Positions 1 through 10,200 of a DNA stretch of 27,194 bases are shown here, one piece after another. The stretch spans positions 1 to 27,194 of the forward strand of contig JBILIX010000001.1 in NCBI GenBank assembly GCA_044368835.1. The letters run 5' to 3'. The stretch's first letter is position 1. The number at the start of each line of letters is the position of its first letter. A program made the translations under genes and the position numbers. This DNA comes from Flavobacteriales bacterium. Lineage in GTDB: Bacteria; Bacteroidota; Bacteroidia; Flavobacteriales_D; Sanyastnellaceae. The notes beneath the pieces were generated by a model that worked only from the letters and a program-made list of their open reading frames with translations, did not search any database and was not told the DNA's origin.

Positions 1-1
1 T

Positions 2-1615
2 TGCAAAGGAACCCGTTTGCGAAAAGACGCCAACTATGTAAAAGTGGAAGGCAAGAGCATCTCCGAGCTGGTGAATATGCCGGTAGGTGACTGCCATCGC
101 TTCTTTGCGAGCCTGAAGCTCAACGAGCACGACGGAAAAATCGCCAAGCGATTGCTCATGGAAATAACCAACCGCTTGGGGTATTTGAATGAAGTAGGAT
201 TGGAGTATCTCACACTCAATCGTCTATCTAACTCGCTAAGTGGGGGCGAGTCGCAGCGTATCAACCTGGCAACAAGCCTTGGAAGCGCTTTGGTAGGCTC
301 GCTTTATATTTTGGATGAACCTAGTATTGGTTTGCACTCGCGCGATACGCATCGATTGATTGGCGTGCTGCAAAACTTAAAAAAGCAGGGCAACACGGTA
401 ATTGTCGTTGAGCACGACGAAGAAATAATGAAGGCTTCTGACTATCTCATCGATATGGGCCCTGAAGCCGGTGTACAAGGGGGACAGGTTGTTTTTGAGG
501 GGGTAATCGGCGAATTGCTCGCTAATGGAAATACGCTAACTGCCGATTATTTGCGTGGCACAAAAACAATTTCGAGGCAGACGCTCAAGAAAATTGGCAA
601 AGACAAAATCAGTATACAGGGAGCGCGCGAGCACACCCTAAAAAATGTAGACGTTACGTTTCCACTGCGCTGTTTTACCGTTGTAAGCGGTGTGAGTGGA
701 AGTGGCAAGTCCACATTGATTAAGAACATTCTTTATCCGGCCCTGCAAAAGGAGCTCGGCGGCTTCCCATCGGTGAATGTGGGTGAATACGATGCCATCT
801 CTGGCGATTGCAAAACCATTGGTGCAGTTGAGTTTGTGGATCAGAATCCGATTGGAAAATCATCCCGCTCCAACCCTGTTACCTACATCAAAGCTTACGA
901 CGAAATCCGTTCGTTATTCTGTCAGCAACCTCTTGCCAAACAACGAGGTTTCAAGCCGTCGCACTTCAGTTTTAATGTAGAAGGCGGTCGTTGTGAAGCG
1001 TGCGAAGGTGAGGGAAAGCAAACGATTTCCATGCAGTTCATGGCCGATATTCAGTTGGTTTGTGAGGCGTGCAAGGGCAAGCGATTTAAAGATGAGGTCA
1101 TCGAAATTCAATACAACGGAAAGTCGATTTCAGACGTTCTCGACATGACCATCGACGAGGCTGTTGTGTTTTTCGCGACAGACATTTCGAAAACGGTCAA
1201 TAAAAATATCGTGGAGCGCTTGAAGCCGCTTCAGCAGGTTGGCCTTGGCTACATCGGTCTCGGGCAAAGCTCTTCTTCACTTTCAGGCGGTGAAGCGCAA
1301 CGCATCAAATTGGCATCGTTTCTTTCCAAAGGCGCGAACGCACAGCACACGCTCTTCATATTCGATGAGCCCACCACGGGTTTGCATTTTCACGACGTGA
1401 AAAAACTAATCGACTCTTTCCAGGCACTGCTCAACAATGGACACAGCATAATTGCAATTGAACACAACCTCGATGTATTGCGTTGCGCCGATTGGCTCAT
1501 AGATATGGGCCCTGAAGGAGGCGTTGGTGGGGGAGTGGTGGTGTATGCCGGACCTCCTTCCGATATTCCTGCTACGACCCATACGGGGCGTTTCTTGCGC
1601 GCTGCGAGCAACTAA
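2..1615 (+). CDS. uvrA: Excinuclease ABC subunit UvrA, C-terminal part (5'-truncated by window edge)
   Basis: The frame is open from position 2 (CKGTRL, end of a UvrA zinc finger), so the TTG at 17 is not the true start. It has two ABC signatures LSGGESQRI and LSGGEAQRI, Walker B LDEPS/FDEPT, Walker A GVSGSGKS and zinc finger CEACEGEG...CEACKGKRF. The MQFMAD hairpin suggests the second Bacteroidota UvrA paralogue (inference). Confidence 0.96.
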   Translation, partial: CKGTRLRKDANYVKVEGKSISELVNMPVGDCHRFFASLKLNEHDGKIAKRLLMEITNRLGYLNEVGLEYLTLNRLSNSLSGGESQRINLATSLGSALVGSLYILDEPSIGLHSRDTHRLIGVLQNLKKQGNTVIVVEHDEEIMKASDYLIDMGPEAGVQGGQVVFEGVIGELLANGNTLTADYLRGTKTISRQTLKKIGKDKISIQGAREHTLKNVDVTFPLRCFTVVSGVSGSGKSTLIKNILYPALQKELGGFPSVNVGEYDAISGDCKTIGAVEFVDQNPIGKSSRSNPVTYIKAYDEIRSLFCQQPLAKQRGFKPSHFSFNVEGGRCEACEGEGKQTISMQFMADIQLVCEACKGKRFKDEVIEIQYNGKSISDVLDMTIDEAVVFFATDISKTVNKNIVERLKPLQQVGLGYIGLGQSSSSLSGGEAQRIKLASFLSKGANAQHTLFIFDEPTTGLHFHDVKKLIDSFQALLNNGHSIIAIEHNLDVLRCADWLIDMGPEGGVGGGVVVYAGPPSDIPATTHTGRFLRAASN

Positions 1616-2715
1616 GGAATAGAGTAGCCATCGGTTAAGCAAAGCAAAAACGCAACTATAGCGTTCTCCTCGGAATCGGTCAAGTGCAGACTTCCTGTGA
1701 TTTGGTGCGCTACGTTTTCGGAGACTTCGGGCTGAAATTGGCCATCGACATCGCGCGCGTTTATGAAGTGAACTACTTCTTTTAATGTGCTAAAGTATCC
1801 GTTGTGAAAGTAAGGTCCTGTGTACTGCACATTACGAAGTGTTGGCACTCGGAATTTACCATTTTCATTGGGGTCTTCTACAACCTTTCCCAGTCCTAGA
1901 TCTTTTGCAGCGTTACCTTCCGGGTTTATAGAAGAGAAGGTCGTATAGTACGGGTTCGCCTCGTTGCGCGGAACTCCCAAATTGTAGTAGCCATAGTTAG
2001 TAAAAAGTATGTGTCCTGTTTCAGCATCCGGTTGTGCACTATGGCACTGGTTGCACTGTGCTTTTCCTTGAAACAATTCCAATCCCAGTTGTTCGTCTTC
2101 CGTAAGTTCAATTTTGCCTTGGAGCGCATAGTCATACTTCGATGTAAATTCATTGAAGAACGAACTTCGCTCGAAAGCAGCTAAGGCGTCACATAAATTC
2201 ACATAGGCCTCTTGCGCATGACGCATTTTACCGAATACCTTTTTATAGAGCGGATAATAGGGAGCGTTGAGTACTTCATTTACAAGAGAAGCAGTATCTG
2301 TATTGTTCATTTCTGCACTATTGAAAAACGGACCTGAAAGCTGATGCTCCAGCGAATTGCTCCGCCCATCCCAAAATAATCCGCCGTGATAAAGTCCTGT
2401 TGAATCGCGTTCCAAAGGGGGAATGAAACCAACATAGGCAAGCGACTGTGCGTTTCGATTTACGAACGCTCCATCGATCATTCCTTCTGAAACAATCGCA
2501 TGATTGGGATCCGCAAATGCAGTTTTCGGGGCATGGCATACGGTGCACGATTGGCCATTGGGATGGCTGAGTGCCTTATCAAAAAACAACTGCCTGCCGA
2601 GCTCTATCTTCAATGCTTCGCGCTTCTCGGATGTGGGTTTTTTCCGAAAGGCCATGATCGATAAAACCACAAACGAGATGAAAACTCCATACAATCGAAT
2701 TCGAACTGCCGACAT
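1612..2715 (-). CDS. Diheme cytochrome c peroxidase / MauG-family protein, secreted
   Basis: Two CXXCH motifs (CTVCH, CNQCH), LGRQLFFD, RNAQSL, FWDGR, EHQLSGPFFNSAEM and KFRVPTLRNVQYTGPYFHNG, plus an N-terminal hydrophobic signal segment. Confidence 0.92.
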   Translation of the reverse strand: MSAVRIRLYGVFISFVVLSIMAFRKKPTSEKREALKIELGRQLFFDKALSHPNGQSCTVCHAPKTAFADPNHAIVSEGMIDGAFVNRNAQSLAYVGFIPPLERDSTGLYHGGLFWDGRSNSLEHQLSGPFFNSAEMNNTDTASLVNEVLNAPYYPLYKKVFGKMRHAQEAYVNLCDALAAFERSSFFNEFTSKYDYALQGKIELTEDEQLGLELFQGKAQCNQCHSAQPDAETGHILFTNYGYYNLGVPRNEANPYYTTFSSINPEGNAAKDLGLGKVVEDPNENGKFRVPTLRNVQYTGPYFHNGYFSTLKEVVHFINARDVDGQFQPEVSENVAHQITGSLHLTDSEENAIVAFLLCLTDGYSIP

Positions 2716-2719
2716 GCGA

Positions 2720-2727
2720 CAAATGTA
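2720..2727 (-). promoter_or_regulatory. Bacteroidota housekeeping-sigma -7 box (TACATTTG) for the peroxidase gene
   Basis: Exact match to TAnnTTTG, 4 nt upstream of the ATG at 2715. Confidence 0.55.
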
Positions 2728-2767
2728 ACATCCAAAAAATGCAACAGGAATGGAAATGATTTTTCTC

Positions 2768-2775
2768 TACTTTAG
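2768..2775 (+). promoter_or_regulatory. Possible -7 box (TACTTTAG, one mismatch) for the SRAP gene
   Basis: 7/8 match to TAnnTTTG, 4 nt upstream of the ATG at 2780. Confidence 0.35.
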
Positions 2776-2779
2776 GCGT

Positions 2780-3556
2780 ATGTGCTATACCATACAACAA
2801 CTCGAGGAGAGGATTCTAAAGCAAGGGCAGCGCAAACATTCAACACCCGCAGAGATTGATGAGGCGCTGCGCATCTTTCGAGAGCAGATAAAGGGTAAGC
2901 CTCTCTTTGCTATCAGCGGCTTCGAGCATCCGGCATTGCCAATACTCATGGATCAAGGGGGATTGCATTGGCAACCCATGCATTGGGGGCTTATTCCACT
3001 GTGGTGTAAAGACTGGAATGCGGCACTTGAAATGAGCAACATGACGCTTAACGCGCGCGCTGAGACCGTTTTCGAAAAGCCTGCTTTCAAGCATGCGGCT
3101 TCAACACGAAGGGGACTATTACCGATTACTGGTTTTTACGAATACAAGCACATCAAAGGCAAGAAGTATCCTCATTTTATTGACTGGAAGGACGAGGATG
3201 TGCGCTGGCTTGCTTGCGTGTGCGATGAATGGAGAGATCATGGCAGGGGAGAAACCTTGCTCACGTTTGCAATAGTCACAACGCGTGGCAACGACCTAAT
3301 GGCGCAAATACACAATAATCCGGAGTTGGACGAACCTCGCATGCCGGTGTTTTTGGAGGGCAACGATTTATTAGCGTGGATGAATAAAGACACCCCAATA
3401 GACAAACTGAAACACATGTTGAGGCCATGCGATTCGGCCGATATGCGCGCGCATACGGTGAAATCATTGCGAGGAAAGCTTTCGCCGGGCAATACTCCGG
3501 AGGCATTCAAGCCGCATGTGTATGCCGAACTTTATGAGCCGCCAACGCTCTTTTAG
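2780..3556 (+). CDS. SOS response-associated peptidase (SRAP/YedK/HMCES family, abasic-site DNA crosslinking protein)
   Basis: Start reassigned from 2750 to the ATG at 2780, giving Met-Cys (catalytic Cys2). Motifs HWGLIP, NARAETV, GFYEY (catalytic Glu region) and IH...RMPV (catalytic His). Confidence 0.92.
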   Translation: MCYTIQQLEERILKQGQRKHSTPAEIDEALRIFREQIKGKPLFAISGFEHPALPILMDQGGLHWQPMHWGLIPLWCKDWNAALEMSNMTLNARAETVFEKPAFKHAASTRRGLLPITGFYEYKHIKGKKYPHFIDWKDEDVRWLACVCDEWRDHGRGETLLTFAIVTTRGNDLMAQIHNNPELDEPRMPVFLEGNDLLAWMNKDTPIDKLKHMLRPCDSADMRAHTVKSLRGKLSPGNTPEAFKPHVYAELYEPPTLF

Positions 3557-6500
3557 CGCATGATGATAAACGAACCGTTGAGCTCTTGTTTAACTCCGGT
3601 CGACTTCGAAACAACAATTGCTGTCCAGTTGTAAGCGCCGTTCGGAGCGAAGTGTTCGCCTCCTCGGATGTTGCCTGTCCAAGGTATAGAAGGATCTGTA
3701 CCTTCAAAAAGCAATTCTCCGTATCGGCTAAAAATCTGGATCTTGAAACGCGTAGGGTCAATATCGGCTCCTTCAAAACGCAGCACATCATTTAGCCCGT
3801 CGTTGTTGGGGGTGAAGGCAGTAGGAACATAGAATTGCAAGATGTCATCAATCGTTACAAGACTTGGTGTAATAACATCCGTGCAATTGTGAATGTCGGT
3901 TACCTGCAGGTTCACGATATAATCGCCGCCGTATCCACTTGGAAATTCAAACACCGGATTGGCAGATGCTGAACCACCCATGAGTTCTCCTGTAATCGTC
4001 GAAAACGTCCATAGATAACTCGTGATGGGATAGCCTTCGGTCATATCGGTAAACTGAATTTCAGTTTGTAGAATATCTGTTGGCTGAGGACCCGCAATGT
4101 ATCCCGCAATAGGAGGTGCATAGCTCGATAACTCCAACGATTGGGGCGCTGTGTAGGTACAGCCTGCCGCATTGGTAAGCGACAAATTCACGGAGTAGTT
4201 TCCGGGATACTCAAAGGTTAGGTTTACATCATCCTGATTGACAAGGTTATTCCCGTCTGAAATACTCCACGTGCTTGAAGCGAACGTCGAAGGATCGCTT
4301 TCAATACTCAAATTAAATCCATTTGGCCAGCAACCCTCTGTAGTATCGGCAGAGTAAAGCACTTCAACCGGAGGCAGCACATCGCTTTGAAAACATGCAT
4401 TGGCGGTATAAGCACAACCATCTTCAACCGTTAAACATACTTGTCCGCTTTGAATTGGGGAGTATACTCCATTGGCTGTGTTGCCAACTGCTACTCCATC
4501 GTAGGTCCATGAGTACTGATAAGGAGCTTTGCCATAAAGCAATTCATACAAATCCATACTCACACTTCCTCCGTCGCAAATCATCGTGTCGTTCGGAGTT
4601 GATATTTCAATCGGTTCTATGAAGTTAATGATGAGTTCAGCAGTATCGCAACCTGCAGGTATGAAGTGGTAATAAGTGCCGGCTGCATCAACCGCTGGAT
4701 CAAAGATTCCGTCTGCCAATGGATTCTCTGCAATGTCCATCCAGGCGCCAAGGGCGTATGGTGTTCCATTCAAACTATCGCGCATTTCGAAAGGGGCTGC
4801 AGTGAGGCAAACATTGATTTCCGCATCATCTCCTGCATCCTGATTCTGGTTTAAGAATACAGTTACATCATCGCTGCTAGCACAATCGGGGTGACCAACT
4901 GGGAAACCGGTTACGGTAAACGTGGTTTGTCCGGTTAGATTCACAATGGTTGGAGCCTGTAAAGCTGGGTTATCGAGTGGAGTGCCCGGACTCCATGACC
5001 ATTCATATCCGTCGGGTGCCCATTGTGCTATATCACCGGGTGGTGCCGGCTGAACAGAATAAATCCAATTCGTAAATGTCCCGCTATTGCATGAAACACT
5101 ACCGTCGGATGTGAAGTTGATGGTAATACACCCACTCGGTGCTGACCAAGACATTCCTGAAGCATCACCCCCAGACCAAGTCTCTATTATAGGTGATGCG
5201 GTATTTGGACCATCGTAAAACGTAATGTCCTCGAAAAATGCTTCCATCTGACCACTTTCGAATGAAAAGGCGATTGAAGTCCCATCACCGGGATTATCCG
5301 TGCAGTAGGTCCAAGTTTGATTGTCGTTTTCGACGTAGCAATAAGTTTCATCTTCGATACAATTGGTGCACTGTGGTGAAGGATATCCTTCATACCAGCC
5401 TTGAAGCACAAGCTCGTCGCATCCTACTCCGAAATCAGCCGGTGCTGTTACATCAATGGCATCGAATACGGTTATGGTAAATGAAGTGTCATTCGAACAA
5501 CCGAAGTCATCTACTACGGTGTATTCATAGGTGTATTCGCCCGGGCTGGTTGGGGTCACAGTAATTTCATCAAGGTTGCTGTCGTTGATGGTTGCAAAAG
5601 GTGCATTGCTCCAATAGGATGTTGCCGGCCCGGGAAGAATTTGAGGAGTATATTCAACTACTTCAGGATAGAGTGATTCGTCCAGAATTAATCCAAAGCC
5701 AACTAATTGTCCATCATCGGCAGCCCAGTTATCGACCACGGTGAGTGTCCAAATTCCATTTGTTGGGCAACCAACCAAGCCATCCAAAGGCGCTAACGGT
5801 TCGTAGTCTCCTTCCGGCAAGGTTCCACCGAAACCACCGCTGGCATTTACCCATTCGACCCACGTCGTAGTTGAAGCCGGCGTAAAGCAATAGTTCCAAG
5901 GTTCTCCCTGAGTGCTTGGGTCGTCGCAGTTTATGTTGTCAGCAGGATTTGGAACACCAATTTGAGTGCCCCCGCCTCCTTGTTGGTGCAGCATTACTTG
6001 CTGACCATTGGGACAGGTCACATAAATAACAATGTCGCCCATAAAGCTGTGCTCCATATCGAGGCAAATACTTTCAATATCATTGATGCTTTCGATATTC
6101 GTTCCCGCCAAAAATCCCATTTGAAAGATGTCGATGTTCTGCGAAATACCTAGTAACGTATCGGGCAAACAACCATTCTCAATTTCAACATTTCCTATGA
6201 AACCACTCCAGGTTACTTGATACAATTCCGGTTGTGCTTCAAAGGTTATTTCTTCTCCTATGCAGAGGGTTTCGTCTTCCTGAAATCCGATGAAATCGGG
6301 TATGGTTGCAACCAATACATCCAGCGATATGAAATTGGAATTGATACAACTGTTATCGGGGTTATTGTCATTTACAAAGAGTTGCACCAAGAAGTTTCCC
6401 GGCTGAGTAAAGGCGTGCTGCACCTGTGTGCCGGGTGCATTGACGGATTCTTGCGAACCATCCATGAAATCCCACGTGTAGCTTTCAAGATTGAATCCGG

Positions 6501-7092
6501 TCTGAGCAAATGAACCCTGCTCTTGAAATGTAACAAGTTCACCCACACAAACACGTATACTGTCAGGCGTAATGCCTCCGACAATTACGCCGCCGGCCTG
6601 CGGTGTTGCGCAGGGAGTATTGCACGATGCTGAGGCGGTGAAACTACCTGTGCCGCTGTCGTTTGATACAAATTGAAACGTGAGACATCCGGATGTGTTC
6701 TGCGGGGTTGCTTGAATAACCACGCCCTGTAGTCCTGTACCACCGTAGTTACCGAGTGAGTTTGCACCAGTGTTAGGGCCGTCGAATACATACATCTGAT
6801 CGGAGTTGTTTGCATTACCTGGCGCCGTATCTACCGTGCTTAATGCAAACAGATTGAATGTTACGGTTACCTGATCACCAGGGGTGTCTGAACAAATGGT
6901 GAAGGTCACATTTTCACCATCGCTATAGCCTGGGCCACCTTGGCCACCTGAGTCAATGATAAACTCATTGCAGGTGTTGAAGGTCTGGTTATTGATTCCT
7001 GCACTCACTGTGATTTGTGCAATTGAACCGGTTGTATACATAATAACAAAGCCAAGGCATATCCACTTGGCAAAGTCCGCGTGAGTTTTCAT
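3553..7092 (-). CDS. T9SS type-B sorting-domain protein (CUB-like, PKD, proprotein-convertase P-domain-like, PKD, gliding motility-associated CTD), paralogue A
   Basis: Signal peptide ending GSIA|Q; PKD motif YTWDFMDG; MEHSFMGD...CPNG and WTLTVVD P-domain-like block; C-terminal FYVPTAFTPNNDGLND...IFSRYGELLF...WTG...YNW. ATG at 7092 preferred over the TTG at 7098. Confidence 0.9.
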   Translation of the reverse strand: MKTHADFAKWICLGFVIMYTTGSIAQITVSAGINNQTFNTCNEFIIDSGGQGGPGYSDGENVTFTICSDTPGDQVTVTFNLFALSTVDTAPGNANNSDQMYVFDGPNTGANSLGNYGGTGLQGVVIQATPQNTSGCLTFQFVSNDSGTGSFTASASCNTPCATPQAGGVIVGGITPDSIRVCVGELVTFQEQGSFAQTGFNLESYTWDFMDGSQESVNAPGTQVQHAFTQPGNFLVQLFVNDNNPDNSCINSNFISLDVLVATIPDFIGFQEDETLCIGEEITFEAQPELYQVTWSGFIGNVEIENGCLPDTLLGISQNIDIFQMGFLAGTNIESINDIESICLDMEHSFMGDIVIYVTCPNGQQVMLHQQGGGGTQIGVPNPADNINCDDPSTQGEPWNYCFTPASTTTWVEWVNASGGFGGTLPEGDYEPLAPLDGLVGCPTNGIWTLTVVDNWAADDGQLVGFGLILDESLYPEVVEYTPQILPGPATSYWSNAPFATINDSNLDEITVTPTSPGEYTYEYTVVDDFGCSNDTSFTITVFDAIDVTAPADFGVGCDELVLQGWYEGYPSPQCTNCIEDETYCYVENDNQTWTYCTDNPGDGTSIAFSFESGQMEAFFEDITFYDGPNTASPIIETWSGGDASGMSWSAPSGCITINFTSDGSVSCNSGTFTNWIYSVQPAPPGDIAQWAPDGYEWSWSPGTPLDNPALQAPTIVNLTGQTTFTVTGFPVGHPDCASSDDVTVFLNQNQDAGDDAEINVCLTAAPFEMRDSLNGTPYALGAWMDIAENPLADGIFDPAVDAAGTYYHFIPAGCDTAELIINFIEPIEISTPNDTMICDGGSVSMDLYELLYGKAPYQYSWTYDGVAVGNTANGVYSPIQSGQVCLTVEDGCAYTANACFQSDVLPPVEVLYSADTTEGCWPNGFNLSIESDPSTFASSTWSISDGNNLVNQDDVNLTFEYPGNYSVNLSLTNAAGCTYTAPQSLELSSYAPPIAGYIAGPQPTDILQTEIQFTDMTEGYPITSYLWTFSTITGELMGGSASANPVFEFPSGYGGDYIVNLQVTDIHNCTDVITPSLVTIDDILQFYVPTAFTPNNDGLNDVLRFEGADIDPTRFKIQIFSRYGELLFEGTDPSIPWTGNIRGGEHFAPNGAYNWTAIVVSKSTGVKQELNGSFIIMR

Positions 7093-7124
7093 TTTCAAGA
7101 AATGTAATCGTGAAATTAAGCAAA

Positions 7125-7149
7125 CAAATTTAGCTGAAAATCAGCTAAA
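7125..7149 (-). promoter_or_regulatory. -7 box TAAATTTG (7125-7132, minus) overlapped by a perfect 9-bp inverted repeat TTTAGCTGA-AAA-TCAGCTAAA (7129-7149)
   Basis: Read directly in the 108-bp gap between the two paralogues. Its function (operator or weak terminator) is not established. Confidence 0.5.
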
Positions 7150-7206
7150 ACAGGCATATTCCGCGTTTACGGAAATCGAATAATCAAAAGGCAATTGTGA
7201 ATTGTA

Positions 7207-10200
7207 TTACCGCACAATCAAGATAGAGCCGTTGATCTCTTTTTTCACTCCGGTCGACTTCGACACTACGATGGCGATCCAATTATAGGCTCCATTGGGG
7301 GCAAAGTAATCACCTGAACGTACCTCGCCTGTCCAAGCATCGGTCGGATCGTTTGATTCAAAAACCAATTCGCCGAATCGATTGAAGATTTGAAATGTAA
7401 ATCGGTCCGGATCAATATCAGCTCCTTCGAGACGCAGAACATCGTTCAATCCATCGTTGTTGGGGGTGAAACCGGTTGGAATGTAGAATTGAAGCAGGTC
7501 GTCAATGAATACAGTTCCGGTAGGCACTACATCGGTGCATCCGTGTATGTCGGTTACTTGCAAATTCACGAGATAGGTGCCACCATAACCATTGGGGAAT
7601 GTGAACACGGGGTTTGCCGCCGCCGATCCTCCCAATGGTTCACCGCTTAAGGTTGTGAAGGTCCAGAGGTAGTTTGTAATCGGATAACCCGATGTTTCAT
7701 CGGTAAACTGTATTTCTGTATTGAAGATGTCTGTTGGTTGTGGGCCAAAGCTGTAATTGGCCGCTGGTGGAGAATAGCTGTTAAGATAGTTTTCAGCCTC
7801 TACCGAATAGGAGCAGCCCGCAGCATTTGTCAAAATCAACTCAACTCCATAACTGCCTGGATATTCAAAGGATACACTTACATCGTTTTGATTGATAAAC
7901 TGTGAACCATCGCTGAGCACCCAACGCAATTGGGCGAACTCAGACGGGTCATTCAATACAGTTAGTTCAAATGCTCCAGGCCAACATCCTGCTGTAGTAT
8001 CGGATGTAAACGCCGGTGAAATTATGGGTAGAACCTCTATTTGAAAACAGTTGTTCACTTCATAATTACAAGCATCCACCACGGTGAGGCACGCTTCTCC
8101 ATCTGCTTCCGGAAGGTAGGTCAGGTCCTGGCTATTGCCGATGCTAACACCATTGTAGGTCCATTGATATTGGAAGGGGGCCAAACCTTCCGACAGTGTA
8201 TACAAGTCAAGATTAATAGATCCTCCGTTGCATACGGTAGAGTCATCGGAGGTAAAAATCTCTGTGGGCAGAGGCATGTCAATTGTTACGGTTGCGAAGT
8301 TTTGACAATCGGCATTAATCGCAATTACATAATCATAATCGCCGGGCACATCATTCATCGGATCGAACGTATCGTCGGTTTGTTCAACCAGTGGCAGTCC
8401 ACCACCCGGGTTGTAATACCAGATTCCACCCGTTGCAGGATTTCCTCCCAACTCGTCAAAGAGGCTGAGAACCGCAGCTGTTGGGCAAATTTCCACATCG
8501 GAATCAGTACCTGGATCACCCAGAGGGTCCACGGAAACGATTACCTGATCGTTCGATGCACACCCGGGATAACCCAATGGATATCCAGTCAGTGTGAAGG
8601 TTGTAGTTTGATTCAGATCAAGCACAGTTGGATCAGAAACGTTGGCATAGTCCAACGGATTATTGGGTGTCCAGTTCCATACAAACGATGCTGCAGCGGC
8701 GCTTCCGGCGCTAACTGAGTACAAGAATTCTTCAGCTCCCCCATCGGTGCAGTTGCCCACGCCATCCCATTCAGAAATGTAAAACGTTAAGCATCCACTT
8801 GGGTTGGTCGCTGTCCAACTTAAACCGGTTAAATCGCCGTTGTACATGCCAAGTTGTGGTGAAGGCCACGTATCGGGGCCATCGAAAACAAATAGGTTGT
8901 CGTTTACTGCTGCCGATCCTTCCAAAAAGGTTATCGATACAAAGCCATCGCCTGCATTGTCGGGGCAATAGGTTTGCTGATAGAAATCAAATACGGTATA
9001 GCAATAGGAGTATACACCGCACGAAGCACATGCAACCACAGGGTCGTTTTCAAGACCGCCATCCAATGGGATGGTTCCACAGGCAATTATCTGGTCAGGA
9101 CCGGCTGTAACCGTGGGGGCTTCGTTAACGGTTACTTGAATAGTGGTGTCAAATTCACAACCGAAACTATTCACAACATAGTAAGTGAAATCGAATGTAC
9201 CTGTAGTTCCGGGTATAATTTCAATCAAGTCGCCATCATTTGAAATGCTATTAATCCAAGGTATGCCATTATCAGGACCTGTAGTCACCCAGTACGATGA
9301 GTCGGGACCAGCGCCTATGGTTGGGGTGAAGGTGGTAACACCCGGATATAACGATGGGTTAAGCCCGATTCCCCATGAGAAAATATATCCATTGTCGATG
9401 GCCAAATTATCGGATACCGAAAACGTCCACTGACCATTTAGTGGGCAGCCAACCAGCGCGCACATATCATCCTGCGATTCATAAATGCCTGGCGTGAGTG
9501 CGTTTCCTGGCGTTGGCGTTGTAACATTTGTAGTATTCGTTGCGGAGTTTTCTCCCCATGTTCCATTGGTCGCAGTGGGTGTCCATGCATAATCCCATCC
9601 AATGCCGGGATCAGTGCCTGCATCATCCAGCGCTTGGCCAAGGAAAGTTCCGCCGCCGCCGTTAGTCCCCCAAGTTACCAGGTTTACTACCGTACCGTTT
9701 GGACAGGTAATGTAAAGTCCCAAATCACCCATGAAGCTATGTTCCATATTCACAAAGACACTGTCGAGGTCGTCGCACGTTTGGAGCAATGCGCCGGCTT
9801 CGAAAAAGTCAAAATTCAAGGAAGTAGAGTAGGAGAATCCAGCTCCATCAGCGAGGTACGTTTCACCTGCAACTACTTGGGGCGGTAGAGCCGTCCAAGT
9901 AGTTCCACTGGCGCTTCCTCCGATGTTGGTGACGTCGTCAACCAACGAGTTTTCACCGATCGCAACAACACCAAAAACGGTATCACCTAGGCACGTTTGC
10001 AAATCAACCATGCCCGCGTAAGTGGGCGAAGTACTCACTAGAATTTGCAGGGGTTGCACATTCAGGCTTTGGCATCCTATCGCATCATCGCCATAGTTGT
10101 TGTCTTCTACGGTGAGTGTTACGATGTATTCTCCGGGCGCAGCGAAGGCATGGGTCACACTGCTTGGGCCGGCATTGCTTATGATGGTTCCATCATCCAG

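Noticed and set aside
17-19. TTG at 17 as uvrA start; also ORF-track starts 2750, 22527, 23048 and 23266
   Set aside because: The uvrA frame is open upstream. Downstream ATGs (2780, 22476, 23009, 23323) fit family N-termini, coupling or promoters better.
2741-2766. GCAAC-N16-TTTCT upstream of SRAP as a fifth ECF promoter
   Set aside because: The -10 lacks the GTC core present in all four accepted copies.
2716-2779. SOS/LexA box upstream of SRAP
   Set aside because: No CTGT-N8-ACAG, GAAC-N4-GTTC or GGA-N5-TCC match found by eye in the gap.
8041-8718. 225-aa plus-strand ORF
   Set aside because: Lies wholly antisense to the well-supported T9SS gene and has no recognisable motif; a shadow ORF.
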